A stretch of 64,000 nucleotides of DNA from positions 248,001-312,000 of the forward strand of contig CDLV01000019.1 of assembly GCA_001244265.2 (NCBI GenBank), in the 5' to 3' direction. The notes beneath the pieces were generated by a model. That model was given only the letters and a program-made list of their open reading frames with translations, did not search any database and had not been told where the DNA came from. Source of the DNA: Microbotryum violaceum. Its lineage: Eukaryota. How positions within the stretch are numbered: the stretch's first letter is position 1; every line of letters begins with the position of its first letter. A program made the translations under genes and the position numbers. This document shows positions 45,334 to 60,982 of the stretch, one piece after another.

Positions 45334-47437
45334 TCAATAGTCTTCCGGCAGCTCATACTTCGTGCCTTGCCCGACACTGCCCCATCCGATCAACCGCCAG
45401 TGTTTGTCGATACGACGCGACAGGGCCACCTTCTCGCCAATCTCGGTCGCGGCGGGGGTGTTGAGCAAGATTTTGGCCAAATCGGCCTTGACCGAGACGA
45501 CGCGACCACCTTCCGAGGTCGATCCAATGTTGACCATCAAAATCTCGTTCTTGGCCAGCTTTTGCACCTTGGTTTGCTTCTTGTCGTCGGTCTTTACACC
45601 GAGCAGTCGTCGCAACAAGAAGTAATTGATTTCGATCTCGGTATAAATGGAGGGCAGTGAGCCCTTGGATCCAAGGACTTGGCCGACAAGTCGATCACCT
45701 CGCGTCAGCTGGGGATCAATCACTGTAATACAAGAAGGAGGTTGATAATTTATCAGCTTCTCGCTTTGAGTCGTATCGTAACCGAAACGAACGACAACTG
45801 ACAAGTTCCGACACCGATCAAGCCACCGGGGACGGCGAACTTGAGTTCGTTCTTTTCGGCGAGCAGCGTCACGATCTTGCTCCGGATCGGCTTGCAATTG
45901 ATCTTGCCCTCGGCATCCTTGGAAACGACACCCGGTCGTACCTCGATCTCTTGCCCCAGCTTGAGGACACCCTTGAGCAACGAACCACCGGCAACACCAC
46001 CTTTGAGGTCCTGCACCTCGGCACCGGGCTTATTGACATCGAACGATCGAATAACAATAAGCTTGGGCGAGGTTGTGAAGTCACGGACGGGGACGGGGAT
46101 CTTGGTGACGATGTATTCGACCAACGCCTCGATGTTGTACCGAAGTTGAGCCGAGATGGGGACGATCGGGGCCGAGTCGGCAACCGTGCCCTTGACAAAG
46201 GTGAGGATCGATTGGTGGTGCTCGTCCGCCTGTTGTTCGCGGATGAGATCAACCTTGTTTTGCAGGACAAGGATGTGCTTGAGTTTCATGATCTCGATGG
46301 CTGCAAGATGCTCGGACGTCTGGGGTTGGGGGCAGGGTTCGTTGGCGGCAATCAGGAGTAATGCGGCGTCCATGACGGCGGCACCGTTCAACATGGTAGC
46401 CATGAGAATGTCGTGACCGGGGCAATCGACGAACGAGACATGTCTGCAGGGCGAAGAAGCGGACCAGGATCGGTCCCGAGCGGCGCACAGTCAGCGGACT
46501 GGATCATCGCTTCTCTCGACCTAGCTTATCCGATCCACTCACCTCAGCAACTCCATCGTTCCACCACACCCTCTAACCTCGCACGGCGGGTTGTCCTCCT
46601 TTTCTGACGAGTAAGACTTGTACGATCCTGGCCGCTCGCATTTGGGGTTTTTGCACTTGTAGATCTGCTCAGTCACAATGAGCGACCGTCAGCCTTCGAA
46701 CCCTCAGGAGGCAACCAGATCTAGTTTGAATTGTATGAAAGGACTAACTTTGGCGTTGGCGTAACCGAGCTTGATAGTGATGTTTCGCTCGAGCTCGTTC
46801 TTGAATCGGACGGTGTGAACCCCCGAAATTGCCTTGACCGTTTGCGATTTGCCGTGGGCGACATGACCGATGGTACCTGGAAAGCAGATGAGAAATTAGT
46901 AGCCAGTGTCAGCCATCGATGTGGGACATGCTTGCTTGAGTAGTCATTGGTCGAAGCCTCTCTTAAGGGATCGGCGCCAAGTCGCATCACATCGACAAGA
47001 CCGTGCCACGCTGGGCCGACCAGCCTGACCCCCGCGCGCACTCGTCACCGCATAAAGCAAGCCTCTACAGTGACGATGTGTCGACAAACCAGCTCGTCAT
47101 GTGGAACGGCCACTCGAGCGCAGCGCCGTGACCGCCCTGCCTTTGCCTTGCCTTGGTCGCGCCTTCAAGGATGAAATGCAGACCTACCAATGTTGATGGT
47201 CGCCTGCTTGGAGATGACCTCGGGACTCAAAGGGTGCAGCTTGGACACGTCGACCTGCACTTCGGGCATGAGCGACAGTCGAGCCAAGGCTTCGGTGACA
47301 CCGTAGGTCGGCTTGTCTTGCGTCGCACCACCGGTCGTCGTCACACCGGCATCGTCACCCGATTCCGATCCCGAGTCGTGGTCCGAGTGGTCCGGGTTGA
47401 GGTGTGATTGCTGCAATGGCGAGGGGGAGGCGGCCAT
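45334..47437 (-). CDS. GCD11: Translation initiation factor eIF2 gamma subunit
   Basis: [55 protein letters not shown] and HWRLIGWG. Confidence 0.97.
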
Positions 47438-47885
47438 GGTGCAAAAGAAGCGTCGAGCTGAGCGCAACAGTCGACTGGTGGCTGAAGCTGAGGCTGAGTG
47501 AGCTCTGGGCTTGCGAGGCGAAGGTGCGCTCGGTGCGACGCGCCACAGCCTGCAGTGGCAAAGGCGCGATCAAGAAATCGAGTCAAGCCTTTCGAAAATT
47601 ATAATTACCACGAACCCAATCCGCTCCTCCGAGTAAGCGCGCAGTCGCGCGGGTAAACACTGCTAACGATGTATTGCCAGGAAAGCAAAAAAATGAAAAA
47701 AATGCGCCCAATTGAGGAAGAAAAATAGACCAAGACCAAACGTTGCAATAAAGCGGGGTCATAGTACTAAGGCCCCGGAAGTCTTCGAGCAGTGATAAGA
47801 GGTGAAGTAAATGGTGGCGCGCGCGACTCAGATTCTGTCTTCGGGCAAGACTAGCTGGAATGTTTAGTCTTGAAATAATTATGGC

Positions 47886-50163
<2,278 letters not shown>

Positions 50164-50632
50164 GATGATCAGTTGAAGCGAGGCTGGGAGGGTGATGTTC
50201 TATTGGGCATGGAGAGAGAGGAAGGCGCACGTTGAGCCCGAGCCCACATGTGTGAGTGAGGTGCCACGACGCCGCCGGGTGTTGGGGCATGCGCTTGGAT
50301 CGACCTACAGTGTGAAGCAGTACTGCTAAGAGGCGACTCGATTCTCGTTGGATACTTGTGACGAGCCAAGTAAACTCGAGAGCTCGCGTCGACGGAGAGT
50401 GTGTGGTCGGAAGGAAAGAAGCACCCGACGTCGGCAGAAGTCGGGTAAGCGCTCCTGACTTTAGCTTGCGACAAGCCGACAGGAGGCCATATCCCGCGGC
50501 CCCAGCCGCCTTTCGGAAACGTTCCACATATGTGACTCTCTGGGACAAGCGACGAAAGTCTTGAATGGTACAATCGCAAAATGACATTCCACGGGGTATG
50601 TCAACCTCCAGACAAGTGACGGACAACACAAA

Positions 50633-51837
50633 CTAGTACAGAGGGACGGTTTCATCCTGTTAAAGGCGACCACCAGTAGAGAGGACCGGGATAGGCTCTG
50701 CGGAGTCAGTTGGGTCTCGATCCACAAGATGTGAAACGAGTAGCACACTTACCAGCTGCTTTACCTCCGTCTCGACCTCGCCATAGGACTCCTGAAACTC
50801 GGCCTCTGCCTCCTTCGCGCCCTCCTTCTCCGACTCGCCAGCCTTGACCTTCTTCTTCATCCCGAGTTTGGCAACCATGACGCACGATGTTGGTCGCTTT
50901 GTTGACGATGCAGCACCGAGAGCCTCCTTCGACGTAACCCACTGTTCGAGGGAAACCAGGAAGGCTGGACTTGTCAGCTCAATGAAGGCAGAAATACGTA
51001 GGGGGTTGAGGGCATGGCTAGGGGCACGCCATGCCGGTCCGGAGAAGACAGACGCGGCGTCGACAATGATTTGTATGCCGTTGACGTACCACGTAAGGGC
51101 AGCTTGCCTCTTCGGCGAGCAGAGGAAGATGGGTAAGGATGTCGAGCGGCGAAATGTCGGCCGCCAGCACGACAATACTGTAGGATATGGCGTTAAAGCA
51201 CAAGCGTAAGCTCTCAAGCGTCGGTAATTGAATTCAAACAGCACGATATGCTGGGTTTACCCCTTCTCTCCCTTTCGAATCGACTTAACGACCTCCTTGA
51301 CGCCTCGCTTGAGGTGCCGTGACTTTGAGGCTGCGAATACGACGAGGGCGCAAGCAAGAGGTGTACGCCACCTATTGTCAGTTGTCGCTGGTTGAAAATT
51401 ACTTGAGCCAACAAAGCATAAGCGTGGCAACGCGAACACCTGAGGAGATTGCTCAGACGAGGCCACGACTAGCAGTCGGTGCGGCCAGCGAGCTTCGCAA
51501 TGGCGCAGGCGTTCCCCCCAAAGTGCACCCAGGAATGAATGGACGACGTACCCTTCTTGACGAGCTTCAGCACGTGCTTGCCCGCCTTCTTCTGCGCAAG
51601 GGGTCGCGCGATCGGTGACAGCAACTCGACCGCAACTTCCTTGTCATCGTCCTTGGACGACTCCTTGGACGACTCCTTGGACGACTCCTTGGACGACTCC
51701 TTGGACGACTCCTTGTCCTTCTTGCTCTTCTTGGACTTGCGCGGCGAGGCAGCAGCGTCGACGTCCATCGAAACATCCCCCGCAGCAGGCGCAGCGACCG
51801 CTCCTTCCTCGAGCACTTTGGCAGATCGCTTTCCCAT
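50633..51837 (-). CDS. NHP2: H/ACA snoRNP subunit NHP2 (L7Ae family)
   Basis: SPIARPLA, KRGVKEVVKSIRKGEKG, LAADISPLDILTHLP, SKEALGAASSTKRPTSCVM. The last exon is inferred as DETVPLY*. Confidence 0.92.
51650..51715 (-). repeat. Perfect 12-bp coding repeat giving (KESS)5 in the NHP2 N-terminus
   Basis: tccttggacgac x5.5. Confidence 0.95.
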
Positions 51838-52371
51838 CCTGTGTGTTGTAAGTAACCGGTGCAGGTGTGGGTGATATGGCGCTGTGATGGACCGTGTACT
51901 GGTCTGTCGGGGCGTGTCGTCGAGCCAGACGCGGGCAGTCTCCCTGCTTCCCGAAACTGCTCAATACGAAGCCCATGTCCTTCACTACCAATTTAATCGT
52001 GCCGCTTTGCTGTTAGTCGCTCTCCGGCTCGTGTCCAAATTAATAACCCGTCTCCCGCTGGCAAAATCACAATCGCTACGGGAGAATTCCAGGCAAAAAA
52101 TGCAGCACTTTTCAGAAACGGTGTGCATGCATCACTAACTTGGCAAGTTTCGCGATGGTTTCACAGGCTCAGCGATCGCATCTGCGGCGGCGCTCGATCG
52201 ATATGCGTAGTAGCGAGGCACGAGCGCAACGGCACACATTCGTTTTGTGGGCTGCAAAAGTGCTGTGAAGTGTTCTTCGATTCTCTTTTACGACCGAACT
52301 ATCTCCTGTGATTTTCGGCAAAGCCCGGTAGAGTGGTTACTCGTGTGGAGGCGGCGTGCGGCAGCGCCTCA

Positions 52372-52395
52372 TTAGTAATTGCGTCAATTACGTCA
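52372..52395. promoter_or_regulatory. Cluster of three adjacent bZIP-type motifs
   Basis: TTAGTAA (Yap-type), TTGCGTCA and TTACGTCA (CRE-type) lie back to back in the NHP2/oxidase divergent intergenic region. Confidence 0.4.
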
Positions 52396-52933
52396 ACCCT
52401 AATGCGGGAAGGGCGCGTGGGCCCGAGCCCGGCGGGCACAGGCAGTGCAAGTCTCACTTTGGCACTCGGCTATTGTGAGCTTTCGCGGCACCGCCCATGA
52501 GATAGGAAGTCCCTCGCAGCCTCCGAGTCGGCAGGAAGGCAGATGCGTGGGGACGAGGGCTACAAAGAGAACAGTCGAACGGGCAGGGTACCGCCCATGT
52601 GGATTCTCCGATCCTTCCCTCCAGCTGTCGACGACTCGCACCAAAATCCACTACTCAAGCTTTGCCGACCGTTGCCCCTTTAGGCTTCCGCACGCTCCTA
52701 AGACTCATCTCGATCAGAGTTCCTAGGGTGCACCGCCTACTCCACAGGAAACCCCCAAAGAACTTCGTCCTGCACCACCCTTGTTGCCCTCCTTCACGTT
52801 ACTTCCAACTCCTCGAACCTCCTACCGTATTTCTTGCCTGTCAATTACCCTCGCCAAGCCCTGCACCTCAAATAAATCGACGATCTCGGCTCGCGAGTTC
52901 GCTTCCGCTCAACCACCCGACTTCTCCCCCACG

Positions 52934-54824
52934 ATGCGCTTCGTCTCATCTTTCGTCTCGACCGTGGCCGCAGCTGCACTGGTCTCGGCGGCCCCCGTCC
53001 GTCATGACAACGAGCAAGACTTTTTGTCTTGTCTCGCATCCAACCCGTCGCTCAACTTTGTCAGCTCGTCGTCGAACCCATCGCAGTTTACTAGCTTGAC
53101 AGGTGAGTTCGGGCTTGTGGCCGCTTCGGAATGGCACCGCCGACGGAATACCGAGCTGCCAAATCTCAATTCGGGTGTCCTCTTCCGATTCTTCTCACAG
53201 CGGCATTCAACCAACGTCTCTCATCGTCGGCATCGGCAGTCGTGAGCCCCAACGATGCACAAGATGTTGCAGCAGCGGTCGATTGCGCTCGAAACTCCAA
53301 CAAACCCGTGACCGCTCGAGGCGGCGGTCACTCCTACGCGGCATATGGCGTAGGCAACGGCAACGCCGAAGGCCTCGTCGTCTATCTTAGCAACTTCCAG
53401 AACATCACGCTGGCTCAGGACAACTTCACGGTCATTGTGGGCGGGGGCACTCATCTCGGCGACATTGCGGTCCAGCTCGACAAATGGGGTCTCGGTCTGG
53501 CCCACGGCGTCTGTCCCTTCGTCGGAGTTGGTGGGCACGCCGCGTTTGGTGGCTTCGGATATGCATCTCGTGCCTGGGGCCTTACTCTTGATGCAATCAC
53601 CGCCTTCGACGTCGTCTTGGCGAACGGTACCTACATCGCGGGCCTGACAAGGGACCAAGATCCCGATCTCTTCTGGTCCTTGTCGGGTGCCGCGCCGAAC
53701 TATGGCATTGTGACCGCGTACCATTTCCTCGCACACCGGAAACCCGACAACGCAGTTCGCTTCAAGTACGACTACTCGGGGGCGTCGGCTGAGACGATGA
53801 CACAAGCTTTCCTTGCGTACCAACAGTGGGGCAAATCGTCTTCGCCACCCAACCTCGGCATCACTTACGCTGTACACCCTGAAGGCTCGCTTGAGATCTC
53901 GGGTGTCTACTACGGCAGTGAGGACGCGTTCACTCAGCTTATGACACCGTTCGAAGCGAATTTGCCCAGCGGCGCGTCGAAAAGCATAAACTACACGATG
54001 TCGTGGATCGACTCGTTACAGGAGCTCGCGGGATCGCAAGCTTTATCTACGCAAGGTCAGAACGATTACGTAAGTTTGATTCCGGGCGCGACGGTCTCAT
54101 AAGTGGAGCTCTTGGCTGATCTTTGGTGCCCGTCTTCTTTCACAGCGAGATTCTTTCTATGCCAAGTCGCTCATGACGCCCGATTCGGATCAGCTCATCA
54201 CTGAAGACGCCGCGAGGGCCTACTTCACCTACCTTCGAAACACGCAGACGAGTACAATGTGGTTCGTCGAGGTCAACCTTTATGGTGGCGTCGGCTCAGC
54301 GATCAATGCCGTATCACTCGATCAAAGCTCGTTCGCACATCGCTCGATGCTCTTGACCTTTCAGATGTATGCCTCATCATCGACATACAGCAATCCCTAC
54401 CCAGAGGAAGGGTTTTCGTTTGTTTCTGGGTGAGTGGGCCCCACCATCCAGATCAGATCGTCCTCGTCGTTCGTATTCTTACACACACGACATTTTGTGT
54501 ACCTCTAGCATGTACGACGCCCTCCTCAATCCGATGAAGGATGCTTGGGGTAACACATACGGATCATATGTCAACTATGGTAAGTTTTGACGACTGGCAT
54601 CCCCATTCATGTCCATGCACGTCCTCCTTCTGACGACTGGTTGGCTCTTCCTCCTATCAGCCGATCCGGCATTATCCTTTGACGAGGTCAAGACGCTGTA
54701 CTGGGGCTCGCAATACGACCGACTGTCAGCCATGCGAGCGAAATACGACCCGACACAGGTTTTCATGAGCCCCCAAGCCATTCAGCCGTACGACCAAGCC
54801 AAGGTCAACAAGCTGGCGGAATGA
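52934..54824 (+). CDS. Secreted FAD-linked oxidase, BBE-like / CAZy AA7 glucooligosaccharide oxidase-like (copy A), 5 exons
   Basis: Signal peptide, ARGGGHSY (His-FAD), HGVCPFVGVGGH (Cys-FAD), DPDLFWSLSGA, FYAKSL, YVNY.DP and KYDP. Confidence 0.9.
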
Positions 54825-55724
54825 CACCTGGAAACACTTTTTCCACAGGCTCCACACATAGACACTTAGTACTACTTTGACAATATCGCATCATCGCATT
54901 TCAATTATCCCTTATTCGGTTTTCTATTAGCAATCTTGCACTCTCTTACCTTCTTACCTGTACCTTCTTGATGATCATATATCTACATCTACATAATATA
55001 TATATCTTGCAACTTATGAAACCGATGAGATCATCCCGAACGATGATGTCAAAGTTCAACGAAGTTGCGAGCGGAGCGATTAGCGAATCTTGTGGGCTCG
55101 AGAAAGCCTTGAACGACATGTTCGCGCTTAGGCGCTGAGAAAAAGATGAGTTCGAAGAGACGGGTCATGCTACATTCAAAGATCATGATTATGATCAGAG
55201 AGTACCCCCGGACTCCCGAGCCCTTAAAGAGAGGGGCAAAAAAATCCAGGGGGCTTGCCTCGATTAAATGCTTCCCGGGTTGGGCTGTCGCATGTGGCAC
55301 AATTTTTTGTTGGCAATCGGAGCTTCGAGCCATTATCATGGAGCGGGCTGCTGATTTATTTCCATTATGTCAGCTTTACACTGCAATCTTATCCAAGCTG
55401 TGGTGGAAGGACTATAGATTGGGACATTCAAATAAGCAGCGGTGCCAGTGCCGTCGGCCTTCTCAATTGGGTGATCCTCCCTTCGGCGATCGCTTCGGGC
55501 AGTGCATGCACGAATAACCCAATTGCGAGGCTGGGCGCCCCTGACCCCGAACACTCGTCTTAGACGGTTCTTCCTCTTCTTCCCGACAACACTTTTTTTT
55601 TCTCTCGCAGCTTCCATCGTTCGTGTCTTTCCCTCTCGCTTGACTCCGTTCGAGCGTCCTTGATCGGCTCGTTGAGCAACCGACACGGCATCCGACGGCA
55701 CATTCAGGGCAACTCGCAGCCTCA

Positions 55725-57524
55725 ATGATGCTTCGCTTCTTGGCCTGCCTCGTCGTCGTCGACCTGGCTTCCATCGTCTCTGCAGTGCCCGTCAACAGTA
55801 GCAGCCAAGCAGGAACTTTCTTATCGTGTCTGTCGTCCCAACCTTCGCTCAACCTTGCCACCTGGCACAAGGACCGTCGAGAGTTCACGAACCTCACAGG
55901 TGAGCTTCCCGCCACTGCCAGCACAGCTCGAGCGATCGACGCCCCACCTGCGCTGTGCTGACGCACGATTACGACCCTCTTCCACAGCTGCATTTAATCA
56001 GCGACTCTACTCATCGGCATCGGTAGCCGTTTCACCCAAGGATGCCAACGCGGTCGCTGCTGCGGTCACGTGTGCACAAAAATTCAACCGACCTGTCACC
56101 GCTCGGGGAGGCGGTCACTCGTACGCCGGCTATGGCATCGGCAGCGGACTCGATGCGGGGCTTGTCGTTTACCTCAGCAATCTCCCGAATAATGAACTGA
56201 AGGAGGACAATTTCACGGTCGTTGTTGGCGGCGGCGCTCTTCTCGGCGATATCGCACTCCAGCTCAATGAATGGGGTCTCGCAATGGCGCACGGCACGGG
56301 CCCCATGGTCGGCGTGGGGGGACATGCCGGGTTCGGTGGCTTTGGTTTCATTTCCAGAAAATGGGGCCTGACACTCGATGCCATTTCCGCTTTTGATATC
56401 GTACTTGCGAACGGCACCTACGTCCAAGGCCTCACTCGCGAACAAGATCCAGATCTCTTCTGGGCCCTATCGGGCGCGGCGCCGAACTACGGCATAGTAA
56501 CGGCATACCACTTCGTCGCCCATCAGAAACCAACCAACGTCGTCCAGTTCGATTATGGGTTCAGCGGGATATCGCCAGCAGCGATGACGCAGGCTTTCCT
56601 GGCTTTCAGGCCTGGGGCAAGAATTCTTCGCCGCCGGAGCTCGGTATCCAAGCTGTCATCGGGGCCAACGGCTCGCTCGTCCTCTCGGGTCTCTACTATG
56701 GGTCCGGGGAGAACTTCACTAACCTGATGGCTCCGTTTGTGGAGAGTCTCCCGAGCGGCGTCTCGCCCGCAATAAATTGTACGATGTCGTGGATCGATTC
56801 TCTGGTCGTCGCGGCCCAGGGACAAGCGCTGTCGTCCAAAGGCCAGCAGGACACCGTGAGTGCATGTCCCCAATTGAGCCACATGCGCAGGATTCGAGTA
56901 CTCACCCGTAGGCTTCCTCATCGACGCCCACCCAGAGGGATTGTTTCTACGCCAGGTCGTTGATGACGCCGGACTCGGACCAGCTCATCACTGAGGAAGC
57001 AGCGAACGCCTTCTTCTCGTACCTGCAAAACACCGAGACGACTACGCAGTGGTTCGTCGAGATCGATCTCTATGGCGGTGCCGGGTCTTACATCAACTCA
57101 GTACCGTTGAACCAGAGTTCATTCGCGCCCCGGTCGTCTTTGTTGACGTTCCAACTGTACGCTTCATCGCCGACGCTCAACAACCCCTTCCCCGACTATG
57201 GGTTCTCTTATGTCGACGGTATGTACAATGCTCTCGTCGACCCCATGAAGGCTGCCTGGAGTACCACATACGGATCATACGTCAACTACAGTGAGTTGTG
57301 TTCCGGAGGCCGTACCACCGTCAGCTTTCCGCTCTTCACCCCCCGATACATTCCCAGTCGATCCCATGTTGTCTCCCAGCGAGGTCAAGGCTCTGTATTG
57401 GAGCTCGCAGTACGACCGCCTCTCACAATTGAGGGCAAAGTACGATCCCGACCAAACGCTGTGGAACCCGCAGGCAATCCAACCCACAGCGGTCGCCTCG
57501 CGCCGCTCAGTGCGCGAGCATTGA
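55725..57524 (+). pseudogene. AA7/BBE-like oxidase tandem paralog (copy B) with a 1-bp frameshift
   Basis: Colinear with copy A. One base is missing at 56602-56609 (gct tt cag gcc tgg versus copy A gcg tac caa cag tgg). This could be a sequencing error. Confidence 0.8.
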
Positions 57525-58297
57525 TGGGAAACGATGCCCTGGTACCTCGATGCGTCATAGTCACCTTTTTATATGACACTGCTTAGCCAGTCTTGTACAC
57601 CGATATATTGCGTCCTTCGCGCGCACTTGTAGCCCCTCTGCATTTCGGTCTTAATTCGAATTCTTCCTCAGCTCGAACAAGTCGACGCGCGATCGCGCGG
57701 GCCGAATTACACGCCAAGCTCCGCAAACTTGACGCTCGTCGGGCTTGGGGCCTCGGCCAAAGCTGAGGGCGTAGTGCCTGATACGATTCGACAAAGCTGA
57801 GGTACATATGGTCATCCAAAAGTTGCTGGTTCCGGCCTATGTGCACCATTTGTACGGTAATTTACACTCGGCGCCGACTTGATGAGGGGCCATTGAGAGC
57901 ATCGCCGCATCAGTTCGGACACTCCGAGTCATCGGGGAAACTCAACGATGACAAACCTGACTAACGGGACGAGCTTGGCGAGACTCCCCGGCCGAGTTCG
58001 ACGCGCTCATCTACAGATGTTGCCATGAGACAGCGCTCACTGTTTTTGGATTGCTTCCATCATCCATTATCATCACTTGACCTATCTACTTACAAGCCCG
58101 CGACCGCATTCGCACTCGAGGAAGCTCACGTGAGAGTCACGTCTACGAAGGATCAGATTATCAGCAGATCAGCCCGGTTGTTACGCCGGAACCTGAACGC
58201 CTGAACGGCCTGAACCCCCGGACTGAAGCCTCGGCGCGTTGCTCGACGCAGCGGCTGGCCTACTGCTGGCCTGGTGCGAAGCGCGTCACCAGATTGA

Positions 58298-60452
58298 ATG
58301 AACTCGCACCCGTCTCTGTCTCGTCCATCCCGACCATTCGAAACGATGCCACCCCCTTCACGACCCAGTTCGGCTGGACCCATACCCCAGTCGACTCCTT
58401 CGACCTGGATCGATCACCTCGAGGCCCGGCCATCGTCCTACTCGGTGCGGCCTCAGCTGGCCGTGCAAACTAGGCTTCGCGCGCGCAGCATCACCTCCAC
58501 CACCGCCGCCACCAACAGTAACTCCACCTCGGGCTCGGGTTCGGGCTCGCCGACATTGGCACCGGCACCGACACCGACACATGCAGGGTCATACGATGGA
58601 TCATCGCAGGGGTCCACATCCACATCGACGCTGGCCTCAACCTTGACCTCGTTGTCATCCTCTACCTTGACGGTCACGCCGGCTCTGACAAGGCGCCAAA
58701 CCGATCCCACCGGCCTTGTTCCGCTTCGACCCATCGCCAGTCGCTCGAGGCTGAGTGAGCTTCCTCTCAACAGGGAAGACACCGACAGCGATGAAGACGA
58801 CAACGAGGGCACCTCGGTCTATGACGACGCTATGTCCGAGGGAGTGCCCGATCTGCACGAGCACGAGGGTTCGTCGTCAACGTCCGATTCCGAAGAGACG
58901 CCGAGCACTCCAGCAAACGATGCCATGTCCCCTTTCCCGACCTGGAATGTCGTCTCGCCCAAGGAACAGCAGCGCCCATTCGCAGTGTCTCAGGTCGACG
59001 ATGATGTCGATCGATACACACCTGCGAGGTCCAAGTTCGAAGGCTCGACTCGTCACGACCTCCGGAGAGGCAAGAGCTTCACGAGCCTGATCGTGCAACC
59101 CGTCATGCCCTCGCCCGCGGCTGGCGAGCGACCCGATCCGATCGCGGAACACGTGCAGCATGACCACGACATTAGCCACGAGGAGCACTACCCACCGACT
59201 CCGAATGATCTGGAAGCCGGGCGGGCCAGTTTTGATGGCACAACTGAAGCGACCGACGCTTTCCCGCCCTCGACCAAAAGCCTGCGTGACTTTGTGCCGC
59301 AGATCGCAACGCTCGCGGCTCTGTTCTTTTGCTCGTTCGTCTGTATTGCCCTCTTGGTCTCGAGCCTGCCGGGCCTTTTCATTCCTCACTCCGTCGCCGA
59401 CCTGCCTCAGTTGACGGTCGCCCTGTCGGCATATCGGTCCATGTCGTGGTTCGCCGAGCTGCACCTTTTCGTCGTCTTGGCAACGCTCTTCTTGTGGAAG
59501 CAGTGCTTCAGCATCCCCGGCTCCATCTTAACCAACATCCTCTGCGGCGCATTGTATGGCACAACGATTGGCACCTTTTGGGCCTGCATCTGGACCGCAC
59601 TGGGCTCGACTGGCGCCTACGGAATTGCTCTGGTGGTCGCACCATTGGTGAGTGCAGCCAGATTCCATTAATTACCTGATTTCGACGAGATCTGATGCGG
59701 TCTACCCCGTCTCTGCAAATCAGATCGAGTATTATTTTGACAAGCCGCTCAAACTTACCCGCCGGACGCTGAAAATTGCACCGGACGCGCTCAGCAAGGA
59801 AGAGCCCGCCATCACCCCGTTGTCTCCCGGCGACCTCTTTATCCGCCTGTTGCTCGCTCGGTTCTTCCCCCTGCTGCCGTACTCGGTCCTCAACATCATT
59901 TCTGGCGTACTCCGACTGCCCTTACCCACTTTCTTCGTCACGCTCGTTCTCGGCTCTTTTCCATTCAACTTTGCGACCGTATCGATCGGATCGGTCGTCG
60001 CGCTCGCCGCATCGGACCCCTCGACGCCGCTCTCGAACAAGATCTGGTCGCCGGAGGTGTTGACCAAGCTCATAGCCGTGACCATCGTTTCGGTCCTGCC
60101 CGTCGTCTTCAAGAAGCAACTCAAAGAAGTCTTGTCGTCGGCTCGGATCAGCCAACTCGCAACGCAAGCCTCGGCGATCCCTTCGATGCTGACTTACATC
60201 GGTTCGATCTACAAGGATGCGATCGTACGGCGCGTTTTCGGCTTCGGTTCACTGATGCCTTCGTCAGCAATGGCTTCGACGTCCGGGACCGCGAACGGTA
60301 ACGCAAGCCGGGATTGGAGACGACAGCAGAAAGCTCAAGAGTGGAGGAGGAAGTTGTCCAAACCCGGGTACGAGGAAGTGTCGACCATGGATCCTGACGG
60401 ATCGATCGATGATGCGTTGGAGGGAGGGAATTGGGTTCCTTTGGGTGCATGA
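58298..60452 (+). CDS. TVP38/TMEM41-like (VTT/DedA, SNARE-associated) membrane protein, 2 exons
   Basis: KQCFSIPGSILTNILCGALYG and RFFPLLPYSVLNI. Intron 59648-59723. Long disordered N-terminus. Confidence 0.85.
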
Positions 60453-60982
60453 GCCGTTTTCTTTTGCACGGCTTGCATCTTGATTATACGTTTCTCCTCG
60501 CTGCGGTAAGGTCCCCCCCCCCTCTCTCGTTTCTATCACATATACAAGAGGACCATTGTTGTATCCCTAATCCAAAGGTCGCTTCTTGCACTTTTAACGA
60601 TGTATCTAGTACCTCCGTCATTATCGTGATTCTTCCTAATCTCTAATCGATCGTCATGCTTCGTGATGAGGTATTTACAGAAGAGCGACTCCAACCATGT
60701 CTGGGCATATAGCTCGAGGCAATTCTAAACGCGCAGTCTTCCTGAGCAACGGTGCATACTTTGTCGCACGAAGTCAACGTAGACCATGCCGAGAACTTGC
60801 GGTTCCTTCTTGACGCAGAGTTTGGGGCGGACCAAGCGTGGTTGTGTCGAGTACGAGCGGGTGCAGGATCATTGTCGCACCATTGCCGCACCGACTTGAT
60901 CCCCCGGGGCCGAAGCTTACGAAGCATCTGATCTAACGAGCAATCGAACGCAGTTATCCTCTCCGTCCCGCACAGCTCATCT

